NCBI GenBank assembly: GCA_963664195.1
Contig: OY760907.1
Span: forward strand, 3,552,001-3,616,000
DNA: 64,000 nucleotides
Direction of reading: 5' to 3'
Origin: an uncultured candidate division Zixibacteria bacterium
Lineage (GTDB): Bacteria > Zixibacteria > MSB-5A5 > GN15 > FEB-12
The translations under genes and the position numbers were made by a program. The notes under the pieces were generated by a model. That model was not told the DNA's origin. It searched no databases and worked only from the letters and a program-made list of their open reading frames with translations. Numbering within the stretch: position 1 is the stretch's first letter; the number at the start of each line of letters is the position of its first letter. Below, piece by piece: positions 47,622-58,507 of the stretch.

Positions 47622-48391
47622 CCAGGTAGTGCCCTTCCACTATTCTCTCTGCGCGCCAGATCACGGGTCTTGGCGTACTTCACCATAACGTAGCAGGCCG
47701 AGAGGATCGCGAGTAACAACCCCTCCAGACCGTCGAGAAATCCCCCCTTCACAACATATTGCTTCACGAACTTCACAAGGGGATTGATAACCACGTGACG
47801 CACTCCCACTTTGCGGCCATTCTGATGCGCCTCACGCGCCGCCAGGGAGGTGTAGCGATTGAACTTCCGAAAGTAATCGTCGAGTGACGGATAACAATAG
47901 TGCAGAAGATCGTGTCTGAGACGACCGGTCTCGCCGTCGAGAACAACTTTTTCATGCACCAGCGCCTCGTCGAAGTTTCCCCGGTCCTTCCTGAACAGAC
48001 GCAGCACAGGATCAGGATACCAGCCGGAGTGCATTATCCACCGTCCCAGAAATTCAGTGCGACGCGGGATGTAATATCCTGCCACACTGGTTGAGTCGCG
48101 GACGGCGTTCTGGATCTCTTCTGCCAGTGCAGAGCTGACTTCCTCGTCGGCATCGATGGATAAAACCCAATCCCCGTTTGCCGCCGAGACCCCTTCGCGC
48201 TTGGAGAGTCCGAATCCACGCCATTCAGTCTCGCATACTCTGGCGCCATACTCGCGGGCGATGTCAAGCGTCCGGTCGGTGGAACCGCTGTCGACAATCA
48301 CGATCTCATCGGCAAACTTCACCGAGGCGAGACAACGGGGCAGGTTTTCTTCTTCGTTGCGCGTGATGATCACCGCTGAGAGCTTACTCAT
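47618..48391 (-). CDS. Glycosyltransferase family 2 (KdtX/WaaE-like LPS core)
   Basis: LSAVIITRNEE, VDSGSTDRT, WVLSIDADE, GWYPD, VHE, GFLDG. Confidence 0.92.
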   Translation of the reverse strand: MSKLSAVIITRNEEENLPRCLASVKFADEIVIVDSGSTDRTLDIAREYGARVCETEWRGFGLSKREGVSAANGDWVLSIDADEEVSSALAEEIQNAVRDSTSVAGYYIPRRTEFLGRWIMHSGWYPDPVLRLFRKDRGNFDEALVHEKVVLDGETGRLRHDLLHYCYPSLDDYFRKFNRYTSLAAREAHQNGRKVGVRHVVINPLVKFVKQYVVKGGFLDGLEGLLLAILSACYVMVKYAKTRDLARRENSGRALPG

Positions 48392-49491
48392 GAAGTCACC
48401 TGCCGTCTCTGATCAAGTATCTGTACCACGCGTTCAAAGACTTCCTCTGGGGTGATGTCGAAGATGTGGCCGTCGTGATTGGAGACCACCGCCCCCTCCT
48501 CCTGCTCAAACGGCCGCCACCGCTGGAAGTTTTTCTTTGCACTGCAATACAACCCGACAACCGGGATATGGAACGAACGCGCTATGTGAATCAACGACGT
48601 GTCCGGCGATATGAGCAGATCAAGTTTGGAGATCAACGCACTCACCTCCATGAGATTCAGATCCGGAGGCACGTGGCTCACCGAGCCGTCAAGCTTCGCA
48701 AGTAACGTCTCCCCCCGCTCACGGTCGGCCGGAGCGGTGATGAGGACGAGTTGCGTCTTATCATCTCTTGCCAGCAGTTGCTGCGAGAGTCGCTCGGTCT
48801 TCTCCGCCGGCCAGATGCGGGTTGGGTTGCCGGCAGAGAGGTTGAATCCGATTCTCAGGCCGGAACCGAGAGCTTTGATATAACCGTGAACTTTCGCCTG
48901 CGCCTCGGCAGACACATACGGCGGCGCATAGCCGCTGGCGTTCCCGGTATCAATCCCGAACGGTTCCAGGAGTCTGAGCGTGTTCTCGATAATGTGACCG
49001 CCAACACCGTCGGCGTGCAGGTAGTTGTAATCGTAGAATTCGTCGTATCTTGTCTTACCTATGCCAACTGTCGGTTTCCCCGGTGCGGCCAACTGCGACA
49101 TGAACAGCGTAGTCACAGAATCGTCGTTGATCATATCGAGCACGCAGTCGTATCTCTCTCGTCGAATCGCCCGAAGCATCCGAAAGTCTCTCAGCAGATT
49201 CTTGCGGTACAGAAATATCTTGCTGAAACGGGGATCGTCCTTGATTACGGCATAGTTGCGAGGCGACCCTACCAGACCAATCTCCAGATGCGGGAACTGC
49301 TTTTTCAGGGCGTCAAAGACCGGAAACGATATAACCATGTCGCCTATCTTCTCGGGACGGAGGAAAAGCACCTTGCGCATTGACCTGCCATCAAGTGTGG
49401 CATTTGCACCACGCCGTCTCCTGAGACTCGGCGCAAACAAGCGAAACAAGAACGCCTTGAATTGGTGCTCGGCAGCCTTCAGCTTACGCAT
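48388..49491 (-). CDS. Glycosyltransferase family 9
   Basis: KIGDMVIS, NLSAG...R.WP, SPDTSLIHIA. Confidence 0.88.
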   Translation of the reverse strand: MRKLKAAEHQFKAFLFRLFAPSLRRRRGANATLDGRSMRKVLFLRPEKIGDMVISFPVFDALKKQFPHLEIGLVGSPRNYAVIKDDPRFSKIFLYRKNLLRDFRMLRAIRRERYDCVLDMINDDSVTTLFMSQLAAPGKPTVGIGKTRYDEFYDYNYLHADGVGGHIIENTLRLLEPFGIDTGNASGYAPPYVSAEAQAKVHGYIKALGSGLRIGFNLSAGNPTRIWPAEKTERLSQQLLARDDKTQLVLITAPADRERGETLLAKLDGSVSHVPPDLNLMEVSALISKLDLLISPDTSLIHIARSFHIPVVGLYCSAKKNFQRWRPFEQEEGAVVSNHDGHIFDITPEEVFERVVQILDQRRQVTS

Positions 49492-50608
49492 GGACGTTCT
49501 CCCCGGCAACCACAGACTGCAGATACGATTCAACATGGTTAATCATGACGTCGTAAGAAAACTCGCCTTGCCAGCGCGCCCGGGCCGCCTTGCCATATTC
49601 CGCCATCCGATCCTGACTGCTCAAGAGGTGAATTGCGGCGGTCGCAAACTCGTGGGCTTTCTCCGGCTCAACGAGCAGCGCGGTCTCTCCTTCGCGAACA
49701 ACTTCGGGTATCCCGTCCACTCTTGTAGCCACCGCCGCCAATCCGGCCCGCATCCCCTCGGCGAGGACAATTCCGAACGGCTCGATGATAGCAGGATGCA
49801 GCATGATGTCTGACCCGGCCAGCTCCAATTCAAAATCATCGAGCAGTCCGGCGAACACGAAGCGCTCTGTCAGGTTGGACGCCGCAATTTGCTCGCGCAA
49901 GGTCTGTTCGAGCGGGCCGTCACCCAACAACAGGAAGCGAACGGTCGAGAATCTCGCAACTATCTCCGAGGCAGCCTCGACCAGGTACTTGTGCCCTTTT
50001 TGACGCACGAAGCGACCTGAAGTCACGGCAATAATCGAATCCTGCGGCAGAGCGTACTTGCGACACAGTTCAGCTTTGGCCTCGGCTCGCGAAATCTTCA
50101 GTTTCGTATCAGCAATACCGGTCGGAATGACTTCCACCAGCGACTCAGGAATGTATCCGAGCTTCGTAATCTGCGCTTTGAGTGAACGCGAAGGCGTAAT
50201 AACACCATCGATCAATTTGGGCGTGAGAAAGCGATGCACGAACGTATCGCGGGTGAGATTCACTCCGACTCGCCAGACGATCCTGGCACTGCCACCCAGT
50301 TTGGAGGCTAGCCCCCCGAGGCGGATATCTTTGTTGAAATTGACTACGGTGATGTCGATCTTCCGCCGGCTCAGCTCTTTTTTGATCCTGGCTATCGTGA
50401 CGGGATTGATGTCACTGGAAATGTCCAACTCAATCGTATCGCACGAAGGTTCGGCCAGTTTCGTGCGGCGCAGGAACTCGGAATCGGGTCGTCCGATGGC
50501 GCTGATACGGTGACCTCGCCCGACAAGTCCGCAACTCACCATGCCGATCCAGTGTTCGACCCCGCCGTAGACGTCGGCAGCGATGGAGTTCAAGAACATC
50601 ACGTTCAT
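49484..50608 (-). CDS. Glycosyltransferase family 4
   Basis: GGVE, GRFVRQKGH, EPFGIVLAEGM...G...VAT..DGIPEVV. Confidence 0.92.
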   Translation of the reverse strand: MNVMFLNSIAADVYGGVEHWIGMVSCGLVGRGHRISAIGRPDSEFLRRTKLAEPSCDTIELDISSDINPVTIARIKKELSRRKIDITVVNFNKDIRLGGLASKLGGSARIVWRVGVNLTRDTFVHRFLTPKLIDGVITPSRSLKAQITKLGYIPESLVEVIPTGIADTKLKISRAEAKAELCRKYALPQDSIIAVTSGRFVRQKGHKYLVEAASEIVARFSTVRFLLLGDGPLEQTLREQIAASNLTERFVFAGLLDDFELELAGSDIMLHPAIIEPFGIVLAEGMRAGLAAVATRVDGIPEVVREGETALLVEPEKAHEFATAAIHLLSSQDRMAEYGKAARARWQGEFSYDVMINHVESYLQSVVAGENVHA

Positions 50609-52506
50609 CTGTCGTTCCTGAACTGCATCATGTAGAGTCGTTTGTAAAGGCCGTCCTGTTCCATCAACTCGTCGTGGGATCCGGACTGTACGATTTTGCC
50701 CCCGTCGAGAACGAGAATACGATTCGCGTTTTTGATAGTCGACAACCGGTGTGCGATCACCAACGTGGTCCGGTTGTGCATCAAGCGGTCGATCGCTTCC
50801 TGCACCAGAGCTTCGGATTCGGTATCAAGCGCCGACGTGGCCTCGTCGAATACGAGTACCCGGGGGTTCTTGAGCAGAGCGCGGGCAATGGCGATTCGCT
50901 GACGCTGCCCGCCCGACAGCATGATACCGCGATTTCCGACCAGCGTATCGTAACCTTCTTCAAACTCGGATATGAAATCGTGCGCGTTGGCCATACGGGC
51001 AGCCTCTTCGATACTGCTCGAAGCCGTGCCGTTCTGTCCGTAGGCGATATTGTGCCCTATGGTGTCATTGAACAGGTACGTTTCCTGTGTGACGATCCCC
51101 ATCAGGTTCCTGAGCGACGGCAGTGACAATTCGCGAATGTCAGTACCGTCGATACGAATAGTCCCGCCCTGCGGATCATAGAACCTCGGGAGTAAATCGA
51201 GCAGCGTAGACTTGCCCGCGCCCGAGGGACCGACAATTGCCACGACCTCGCCGTGCTTCACCGTGAACGACAGGTCCTTGAGAACCGGTTCGTTTTCTAT
51301 GTAGGAGAAGTCAACCGAATCGTATTCGATAACGTCTTTGAATGTCTCAATAGTCTTGGCATTCGGGGCCTCGACGATTTTCTCGTCGGCGTCCATCACC
51401 CGGAAGATGCGTTCGGACGCGGCCATGCCTTCCTGCAGTTTGACGTGAATCTGGCTGAGGGATTTCACCGGTTTGATCATCGAAAACATCAAAATCAAGT
51501 ACGTGATAAAATCACCGGCGTCCAGTTTGCCCGTACCGGCCATGATCTGCGTACCGGCGTAAAAGAGAATCGCCATTCCTGAGAACATCGCCAGCATATC
51601 GTTAATGGGCGAGGAAAGATGTCTGATCCGGACCATCCGCACCAGCGACTTGAAATACTCGTATGTCGACTGAAAGAATTTCTTTGACTCAAAATCCTCC
51701 ATTGAGAAGGCTTTGACGATACGGACGTTGTTGACCGCTTCTTCGAGCACAGAGTTGACATCAGCCATGCGCCGTTGAGCACGCTCTGAGTATTTGCGCA
51801 TCTTTTTTCCGATGAACCAGATGAATCCAAATACGGCTGGCATAACCAGAGCTGCTAGGAGCGTCAATTCCCAACTGATGATGATCAGGGAACCGGCCAG
51901 CACGAACAGCATCACGCTATCGGTGACAAGCCGGTTGAAACCGATGTCTATCGATTCGTTCAGCACGACAACATCGTTGGTGACTCGCGAGATAATCTCC
52001 CCGGTGCGACGAGCATGGAAATAATCAAGCGACAGTCGCTGATACTTCTCAAACAGCTTGTTGCGGAAAGCTCGCACCACGGATTGCTGCACCCAGACCA
52101 TGAACCAGCCCTGAATATAGTAGAACACGTTTTTGATCAGAGCGACAATCAGAATCAAACCACAGAAGTTGAAAAGTGTGTCGGTTCGATCTTTCCCCTG
52201 AACAAGTTCGTCGATCCAATCTTTGAAAGTATTCTTGATCGCATACAGGCCGCCGGCGGCGTCCTCGACAACACCACCGATTTCTCCGGCAACACCGGGG
52301 ACTTGCGTTGCGTGCTGTTCGACTTCAACGGGAGCGGTGCCCATAATATCGGACGTATTCACCTGGAAAAGCGTCATCAGCAACGGGCCGATCATCCATA
52401 TCAGGAGACCGTCGAAAACGGCATGTATCGCCGCCGAGGACGAGGCAGTCACCAGATGTTTCCAGTACGGCTTAATCGCCGAAAATGTGCGGGCGTATAT
52501 GTTCAA
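50605..52506 (-). CDS. msbA: MsbA-like lipid ABC exporter (TMD+NBD)
   Basis: TM domain, GPSGAGKST, LSGGQRQRIAIARA, DEATSALD. Heads the LPS glycosyltransferase cluster. Confidence 0.85.
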   Translation of the reverse strand: MNIYARTFSAIKPYWKHLVTASSSAAIHAVFDGLLIWMIGPLLMTLFQVNTSDIMGTAPVEVEQHATQVPGVAGEIGGVVEDAAGGLYAIKNTFKDWIDELVQGKDRTDTLFNFCGLILIVALIKNVFYYIQGWFMVWVQQSVVRAFRNKLFEKYQRLSLDYFHARRTGEIISRVTNDVVVLNESIDIGFNRLVTDSVMLFVLAGSLIIISWELTLLAALVMPAVFGFIWFIGKKMRKYSERAQRRMADVNSVLEEAVNNVRIVKAFSMEDFESKKFFQSTYEYFKSLVRMVRIRHLSSPINDMLAMFSGMAILFYAGTQIMAGTGKLDAGDFITYLILMFSMIKPVKSLSQIHVKLQEGMAASERIFRVMDADEKIVEAPNAKTIETFKDVIEYDSVDFSYIENEPVLKDLSFTVKHGEVVAIVGPSGAGKSTLLDLLPRFYDPQGGTIRIDGTDIRELSLPSLRNLMGIVTQETYLFNDTIGHNIAYGQNGTASSSIEEAARMANAHDFISEFEEGYDTLVGNRGIMLSGGQRQRIAIARALLKNPRVLVFDEATSALDTESEALVQEAIDRLMHNRTTLVIAHRLSTIKNANRILVLDGGKIVQSGSHDELMEQDGLYKRLYMMQFRNDR

Positions 52507-52586
52507 GCGCGAGCTCCAAATTCTGGTATAATCTTATAAGATGCTTAATAGCAGACGGGTTGTCAACGACTCTAAGTTGTGGGTCC

Positions 52587-53357
52587 TCAGGGGGTTAGCC
52601 GAACAGCATCCGGCGGGAGAACGACCTCGAATCGTTTTCGCTTGATTTTGGCCGAGTCACGGTACTTTTCGCGTTGTCCACGTAGGACAGTTCCCTGACC
52701 GTCAGTGAACCGAAAACTGCGGATTCTGAAGCCGGGATCGCGTCGGTCATAGGTGACCGTGATCTTCCACGGACAGCCCTCAGCCGAAATGATATACTTC
52801 GGACGATCGGCGTTTTCATAATCCGACACCACAGTGATTCCGTCGGAGAGTTTCACGTGCTCTGGAAGATTATAGAACAGAGAAATGATATCGATTTCAG
52901 ACAACGGGAACGGACAATCCGACCCGGCCACGAGATCGTCTAGAGCTTCGCAAACGTACTCCTTGCTGGAGGGGAAAAAGACCTCCAGTGAATCCGAAGT
53001 CACTCGTCCCTTGAGGGCGCCCCTGCCGAGATAGCCTCGTCCGGAGAGACCCAGCATCGAATCAGTCTGATAGATTTCGAGCTTGAACGTGGTCGGTTTG
53101 CCGTCGCGTTTGAGTCGAGCGTTGAAGGAATAGGCCTCGACTTCTATTGTCTCATCCAATCGCTGTTGGACCGATTCTTCAACAATCACTCCGCTGTGAG
53201 GAGTGCCACAGCCAGAGAACATCGCACCGATTACGAGCATCAACACCGCAAGTAGGTCGAGACTACTGCGGTTTCGACATTCGTGACGGGTCCGGAGACG
53301 ACCACTCGTGGCGTTGACCCGCCCTACAGTGCTGGGTGATAGCGATGACCGGTACAT
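52587..53357 (-). CDS. Hypothetical lipoprotein
   Basis: Hydrophobic segment with FSGC lipobox. Start uncertain. Confidence 0.7.
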   Translation of the reverse strand: MYRSSLSPSTVGRVNATSGRLRTRHECRNRSSLDLLAVLMLVIGAMFSGCGTPHSGVIVEESVQQRLDETIEVEAYSFNARLKRDGKPTTFKLEIYQTDSMLGLSGRGYLGRGALKGRVTSDSLEVFFPSSKEYVCEALDDLVAGSDCPFPLSEIDIISLFYNLPEHVKLSDGITVVSDYENADRPKYIISAEGCPWKITVTYDRRDPGFRIRSFRFTDGQGTVLRGQREKYRDSAKIKRKRFEVVLPPDAVRLTP

Positions 53358-53363
53358 ACTGAC

Positions 53364-53987
53364 TCAATACCCCAGAAGAAGGCTTGATAACGAAACAACC
53401 AGTGGACCGATGATCTTCCAGAACAATCCGGTTATGATGATGATCAACAACAGAAACGGCGCAAACTGATTGAACCTCTCGAATGCGGCTTGATACTCTC
53501 GCGGCAACAGATTGCCCAGAATGTGGGAGCCGTCGAGCGGGAAGATCGGGATCAAATTAAAGAATGCGAGCGTCACGTTGATGTAAACCCCTGCCTGAAG
53601 AGCCATCGGGAGAACTTCCGACTCCTGTCCCAAGGAAACACCGCCAAAAAGTTGAAAGGTAAGTCCGGCAATAAGTGCCATTCCGAGATTAGACAGCGGT
53701 CCGGCGGCCGAAATCCAGATGTCGGCCACACGCGGATTCTTGAGATTCATCGGGTTGACCGGCACCGGTTTGGCCCAGCCGAATCTGAAGCCGGAAACGA
53801 CCATGACAATCGTTCCCATCATGTCCAGATGCGCAAGAGGGTTCAACGTGAGACGCCCGGCTCTTTTGGCGGTATCATCGCCAAACTTGTGCGCCGTCCA
53901 GGCATGAAAAAACTCATGCACGGTCAACGAAAACAGTATCACCGGTCCCCATACAATCGCGCGTTGAAGAAAAGCCTGATCGAACAC
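53364..53987 (-). CDS. Site-2 protease (M50) membrane metalloprotease
   Basis: HEFFH, GRLTLNPLAH, GWAKPVP, AGPLSN, FNLIPIFPLDG. Confidence 0.94.
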   Translation of the reverse strand: MFDQAFLQRAIVWGPVILFSLTVHEFFHAWTAHKFGDDTAKRAGRLTLNPLAHLDMMGTIVMVVSGFRFGWAKPVPVNPMNLKNPRVADIWISAAGPLSNLGMALIAGLTFQLFGGVSLGQESEVLPMALQAGVYINVTLAFFNLIPIFPLDGSHILGNLLPREYQAAFERFNQFAPFLLLIIIITGLFWKIIGPLVVSLSSLLLGY

Positions 53988-54053
53988 CTGTTGTCACCTT
54001 ACTAAGAGTTACATTCCTGTCCTGATTATACTGACCTGCGACCGAAAGGCCAC

Positions 54054-54076
54054 AAAAAACAGGCCGCTCGGCGGCT
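54054..54076 (-). terminator. Probable intrinsic terminator after mpg
   Basis: Minus strand AGCCGC-CGA-GCGGC-CTG-T6. Confidence 0.5.
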
Positions 54077-54078
54077 TA

Positions 54079-54681
54079 TCAGCGTGGTTTCGATACGGCA
54101 ATCGAATCGCCGTCGTAGAACCGCCAATGCCGCTGTGTGGCCTGCTGAATACCTATACGCCCGGACGTAGCCACATTCTGCACAACGTCATCATGATCCT
54201 CCAGGTACAACATCTCCCCCGTCAAGTCGATCCCGGATTGCTCAACCGTCAATCCGAAGGCACGGCAGAACTTCCCCGGCCCGCTGAGGATTTGATCCGG
54301 CGCCTTGCAAGCACTCTCAGGTGAGTTTGCCAGCATGACGTCCAATCCCTCGATCGGTTCGGCTCCCCTTAACAGGACCGCAGCCGGAAAACCCTCCGAT
54401 TCGGTAACAAAATTGAGACAGTAGTACATACCGTAGATCAAGTAGATGTAGCTGAATCCGGGCGGGCCGAACATGACTTCGTTCCGTTTTGTCATCCCCC
54501 GGGCGGCATGGCAGGCCGGATCGTCCTGTCCCACGTACGCCTCAACCTCGACAATGCGAGCAGCAAGCTGCTGCCCTCCGCAACGATAGACAATCCTCTT
54601 GCCAAGCAGGTCGCGGGCGACCTCGATTGTCGGGCGGTCATAGAATGATCGGGGAAGCCTTCTGCCGCTTTCGGAAGCCAC
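54079..54681 (-). CDS. DNA-3-methyladenine glycosylase (MPG/AAG type)
   Basis: VARDLLG, IVEVEAY, DPACH, YIYLIYGMY, AVLLR, GPGK, RIGI...WRF. GAGGAG SD and GTG start. Confidence 0.93.
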   Translation of the reverse strand: MASESGRRLPRSFYDRPTIEVARDLLGKRIVYRCGGQQLAARIVEVEAYVGQDDPACHAARGMTKRNEVMFGPPGFSYIYLIYGMYYCLNFVTESEGFPAAVLLRGAEPIEGLDVMLANSPESACKAPDQILSGPGKFCRAFGLTVEQSGIDLTGEMLYLEDHDDVVQNVATSGRIGIQQATQRHWRFYDGDSIAVSKPR

Positions 54682-54692
54682 TGCGCTCCTCC

Positions 54693-55547
54693 TCAATCCG
54701 GTTCGTACGATCCGGTCGGGGGCACAAGTGCGGATGCCTGGTCGAAATCCGCTCCGACATCTTCGGGCGTGTGGGCATCGGAACCGAGATACCGGATATC
54801 GACTCCGGCCCGCCGTGCAGCGTTAATCAGTTTGATGCGCGGGTAGAAGTCTTTGAGGCTCTGGCGCATGCCGGACGTGTTGACTTCGAGGCAAGTGCCG
54901 GATTCAATCAATGCCGGAAATATGCGATCTTTTGCACTCTCCAGAATCAAGTCATCCAGCACAGGGCCGTAGAATGGAACGCCGTGCGCCCTGATCCTGT
55001 CCAGATGTGCGATCGTGTGAAAGAGACCGCAGTTTGCCGCCGCAACAATATCATCGGTGTACCTTGCGACTGCTTCCCCCACGCTGAACCGCGCGAGTGA
55101 TTCGGCCGCCGTCTTGTAGTAGCAGAAGCACAGGTTATCCAACTCGTGAATACCACACAGCATGTAGTCGAATCGAAACTGATTCTGGAGTGCCGCCACG
55201 GCCTCTTCGCAATGGGCGTACCAACCAAACTCTACCCCCAGCTTGACAACCAGACCGAGCGAAAAGAACCTGTCGGCGGCTCTCTTGACGTCGTCTACGT
55301 AAGGCTTCAGATTCTCCGGAATCGCCGGTTTCCTTTTACCGTTGATGCTGATGAAGCTGGGACCATCGATTGATTTCGGGTTGCTGTCGTAATGGGTGGT
55401 GAAGCAGATCTCCACCAGCCCTCGTTGGACAGCCGCGCGGCAGTACTCTTCGATTGTGCCGGTTGCGTCAATCGAGTAATCGCAGTGACAATGGTAGTCT
55501 GCCAATCCGTGGACGTGCAGCGGCTCAAGGCTGTCCGGGTCAGGCAA
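54693..55547 (-). CDS. PHP-family phosphoesterase (HisJ/histidinol-phosphatase-like)
   Basis: DYHCH, FTTH, GVE, IH, AHLD, EVNTSG, GSDAH. Confidence 0.88.
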   Translation of the reverse strand: MPDPDSLEPLHVHGLADYHCHCDYSIDATGTIEEYCRAAVQRGLVEICFTTHYDSNPKSIDGPSFISINGKRKPAIPENLKPYVDDVKRAADRFFSLGLVVKLGVEFGWYAHCEEAVAALQNQFRFDYMLCGIHELDNLCFCYYKTAAESLARFSVGEAVARYTDDIVAAANCGLFHTIAHLDRIRAHGVPFYGPVLDDLILESAKDRIFPALIESGTCLEVNTSGMRQSLKDFYPRIKLINAARRAGVDIRYLGSDAHTPEDVGADFDQASALVPPTGSYEPD

Positions 55548-56187
55548 AATCCTCTCCCGTAAGAAACGGGTTGGAATTCCGTTCTGCACCTACCGTAGTG
55601 GCTGGACCATGACCGGGCAAACACACGACGGCGTCAGGAAGGGTCAAAATCTTGGCATAAATTGATTTCATGAGAAGTTCATGGGAAGACCCGGGAAGGT
55701 CTGAGCGTCCGATAGAACCGGCAAACAGCGTATCGCCGCAGAACAGCACCCCTTCTTCCTCGAGCAAGTAACAAACCCCGGCAGGTGAATGCCCCGGCGT
55801 GGAGAGCACCTTCACACAAATCGCCCCTACCCTTATGGTTTGTTCGTCGAGGACGGCATGATCCGGGGTTGGCGCCACAATCGGGCTGTCGAAATAGGCC
55901 GAGACGTTCGCGCTGGGGTCGGCCAGCAGACCTTCCTCGCCTGCGCCCACGTATAACGGAATGCCGTACTTGTCCTTAACGGGCGCCACCGCTGCAATAT
56001 GGTCCCCATGACCGTGCGTCAGCAGGATAGCCTTCGGTGCCAGCGCGAGCTGTTCAATTTCGTAATCGATTACGTCGTCATCGGCACCCGGATCAATAAT
56101 CAGGCAATCACTGGTGTCTTCGTCGAAGAGCAGATAGCAGTTAACGGCAAAGGGACCGACCACAACTGTGCGTACTTTTCTAGCCAT
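55540..56187 (-). CDS. Metallo-beta-lactamase fold hydrolase (glyoxalase II-like)
   Basis: THGHGDH, TPGHS, GDTLF.GSIGRSD, PGHG...E...NPF. Confidence 0.92.
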   Translation of the reverse strand: MARKVRTVVVGPFAVNCYLLFDEDTSDCLIIDPGADDDVIDYEIEQLALAPKAILLTHGHGDHIAAVAPVKDKYGIPLYVGAGEEGLLADPSANVSAYFDSPIVAPTPDHAVLDEQTIRVGAICVKVLSTPGHSPAGVCYLLEEEGVLFCGDTLFAGSIGRSDLPGSSHELLMKSIYAKILTLPDAVVCLPGHGPATTVGAERNSNPFLTGEDFA

Positions 56188-56297
56188 TTGCATAAGATAT
56201 AGTGCGGCGCGATTCTGTCAACCTCTCAATGCGTATTAACGGCTTGTTTGATAGGCGGTTACAGAAGGCGAAAAGTATACGCAAGGCCCGAATACAT

Positions 56298-56326
56298 TTG
56301 CCCTTGTGAAGAAAATAACATATATT
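56298..56326 (+). promoter_or_regulatory. Sigma-70-like promoter of the prfB-pta-aat-pckA region with a degenerate Rex-like box in the spacer
   Basis: TTGCCC-N17-TATATT. The spacer reads TTGTGAAGAAAATAACA. Confidence 0.4.
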
Positions 56327-56362
56327 CCCGCCTTACATTTTTTTGGGAGAAGACGGACTGAT

Positions 56363-57470
56363 ATGACTGCTGAGTTGAAGAGCTTAATCCCCGAGCTGAG
56401 AAGCAAACTCGACAAGCTAGCGAGGTATCTTTGACCTCGATGAACGTCGACAAAAAGTAGCCCGGCTCGAGAAGAAAACATCGGATTCCGGATTCTGGGA
56501 TGACAACCAGAAAGCCCAGTCAATCCTCAAAGAGATATCACGGCATAAGAAGCTGATAGAGTCTATCAGTAAGCTCGAGAGCGACCTGGGCTACTCCGAA
56601 GAACTTCTGGAGATGGTCGAGGACGATTCCCCGGAAGTCGCTGAGATCAAAACGATGCTCGACAAAGCGGCTTCCCGAATCGACAAACTGGAATTCGCAT
56701 CCATGCTGTCGGGTCCCGATGACCATCGGGACGCACTCGTGACAATCCACCCCGGTGCCGGTGGTACCGAGTCTCAGGACTGGGCCGACATGCTTTTCCG
56801 TATGTACAACCGCTGGGCAGAACGTCGCGAATTCACCGTGCAACTCATGGACTACCAACCGGGGGACGAAGCGGGACTGAAATCAGCAACAATGGAAATC
56901 AAGGGCGACTACGCCTACGGTTTTCTCCGAGCGGAATCAGGCGTGCATCGTCTGGTCCGCATTTCTCCCTTTGATGCCGCCTCGCGACGTCACACTTCGT
57001 TCGTCTCGGTGCACGTCTACCCGGTAGTAGAGGACAACGTCGAAATCGAAATCAGAGATGAAGACGTCCGCATCGACACCTACCGGGCATCCGGTGCTGG
57101 AGGCCAGCACGTCAACAAGACATCGTCAGCGATCAGGATTACGCACCTTGAAACCAATATCGTCGTAACGTGTCAATCCGAACGCTCGCAGCACAAAAAC
57201 AAAGATGCTGCATTTACCGTGTTGAAGGCCCGTCTCTATCAATTGAAGAGAGAAGAAGAGGCCAGGAAAAAAGAGCAATTCGACAAAACAAAGAAGAAAA
57301 TAGAATGGGGCTCGCAAATCAGGTCGTATGTCTTCCACCCGTATAATATGGTCAAGGACCATCGCACCTCGGCTGAAACGTCGAACGTGCAGGCGGTCAT
57401 GGACGGAGATATCGATCAGTTTATCGAAGCCTTCTTGTCTGATCCGGAACTGAAGGAGCACGTGGTCTGA
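56363..57470 (+). CDS. prfB: Peptide chain release factor 2 with programmed +1 frameshift at 56429-56435
   Basis: ATG56363...AGG TAT CTT TGA C slippery site. The +1 frame carries GGTES.DWA.ML, SPF and GGQHVN. Confidence 0.96.
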
Positions 57471-57510
57471 CAGCACTGCGCTCGTTGGACGTGCTCAGCA
57501 GGAGATATTG

Positions 57511-58503
57511 ATGAACGCTGTAGAACTGATTAAGGAAAAGGCGAAAGCCAAGCACCGTCGTGTTGTGCTTCCGGAAGGCCTTGAGCCCCGGATGATCGAC
57601 GCCACCAAGAAAATCATAGACCAGGGTATCGCTTCGGTGACGCTCGTCGGCGATGAAAAGGAAATCGAAGCTCTGGCGAAAAAACAGGGCGTTGACCTCG
57701 GCCAGGCTGAGATCGTCAACCCGACCACCTCGCCCGATTTCGACGCCTATGTTGCCGAGTTGATGGAACTTCGCAAGCACAAGGGCTTGACCGAAGAGGA
57801 CGCACGCAAGTTTATGGCCGACCCGTTGTTCTTCGGCGCTATGCTTGTCCGTCACGACAAGGCCGACGCTTCGGTTGCCGGTGCCCAGAACACGACCGGC
57901 AATGTAATGAGAGCCGCTATTCAGGTCATCGGACTGAAGGCGGGCATCAAGGCCGTTTCGAGTTCATTCATCATGACGCTGCCGGAGTACCGTGGGGTGA
58001 AGGACAAAGTCCTTATGTTCGGTGACTGCGCCGTAATTCCGAATCCGACTGCCGAGCAGCTTGCCTCAATCGCTGTCTCAACCGCCGAAACGATGACCAA
58101 CCTGATCGGCGAGGAGCCGAAAGTGGCTCTGTTATCGTTTTCGACCAAAGGCTCGGCGAAACATGAAGATGTCGACAAAGTTCTGGCAGCGCTCGACATC
58201 CTTAAGAAAAACTACCCGGATCTCAAGGTGGACGGCGAGTTCCAGCTCGACGCTGCGATCGTTCCAGAGGTCGCGAAGAAAAAGGCCCCCGATTCACAGA
58301 TCGGCGGCGATGCCAACGTGCTGATTTTCCCGGACCTCGATGCCGGAAACATAGGATACAAACTCGTACAGCGACTGGCCGGGGCTATGGCTACCGGTCC
58401 GATCATTCAGGGACTGGCCAAGCCGGCCAATGATCTCTCCAGGGGCTGTTCGGTAGATGATATTGTTGATGTGTCTGCAATTGCAACGCTGCTAAAAGGA
58501 TAA
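57511..58503 (+). CDS. pta: Phosphate acetyltransferase
   Basis: [50 protein letters not shown]. Confidence 0.95.
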   Translation: MNAVELIKEKAKAKHRRVVLPEGLEPRMIDATKKIIDQGIASVTLVGDEKEIEALAKKQGVDLGQAEIVNPTTSPDFDAYVAELMELRKHKGLTEEDARKFMADPLFFGAMLVRHDKADASVAGAQNTTGNVMRAAIQVIGLKAGIKAVSSSFIMTLPEYRGVKDKVLMFGDCAVIPNPTAEQLASIAVSTAETMTNLIGEEPKVALLSFSTKGSAKHEDVDKVLAALDILKKNYPDLKVDGEFQLDAAIVPEVAKKKAPDSQIGGDANVLIFPDLDAGNIGYKLVQRLAGAMATGPIIQGLAKPANDLSRGCSVDDIVDVSAIATLLKG

Positions 58504-58507
58504 CCGC

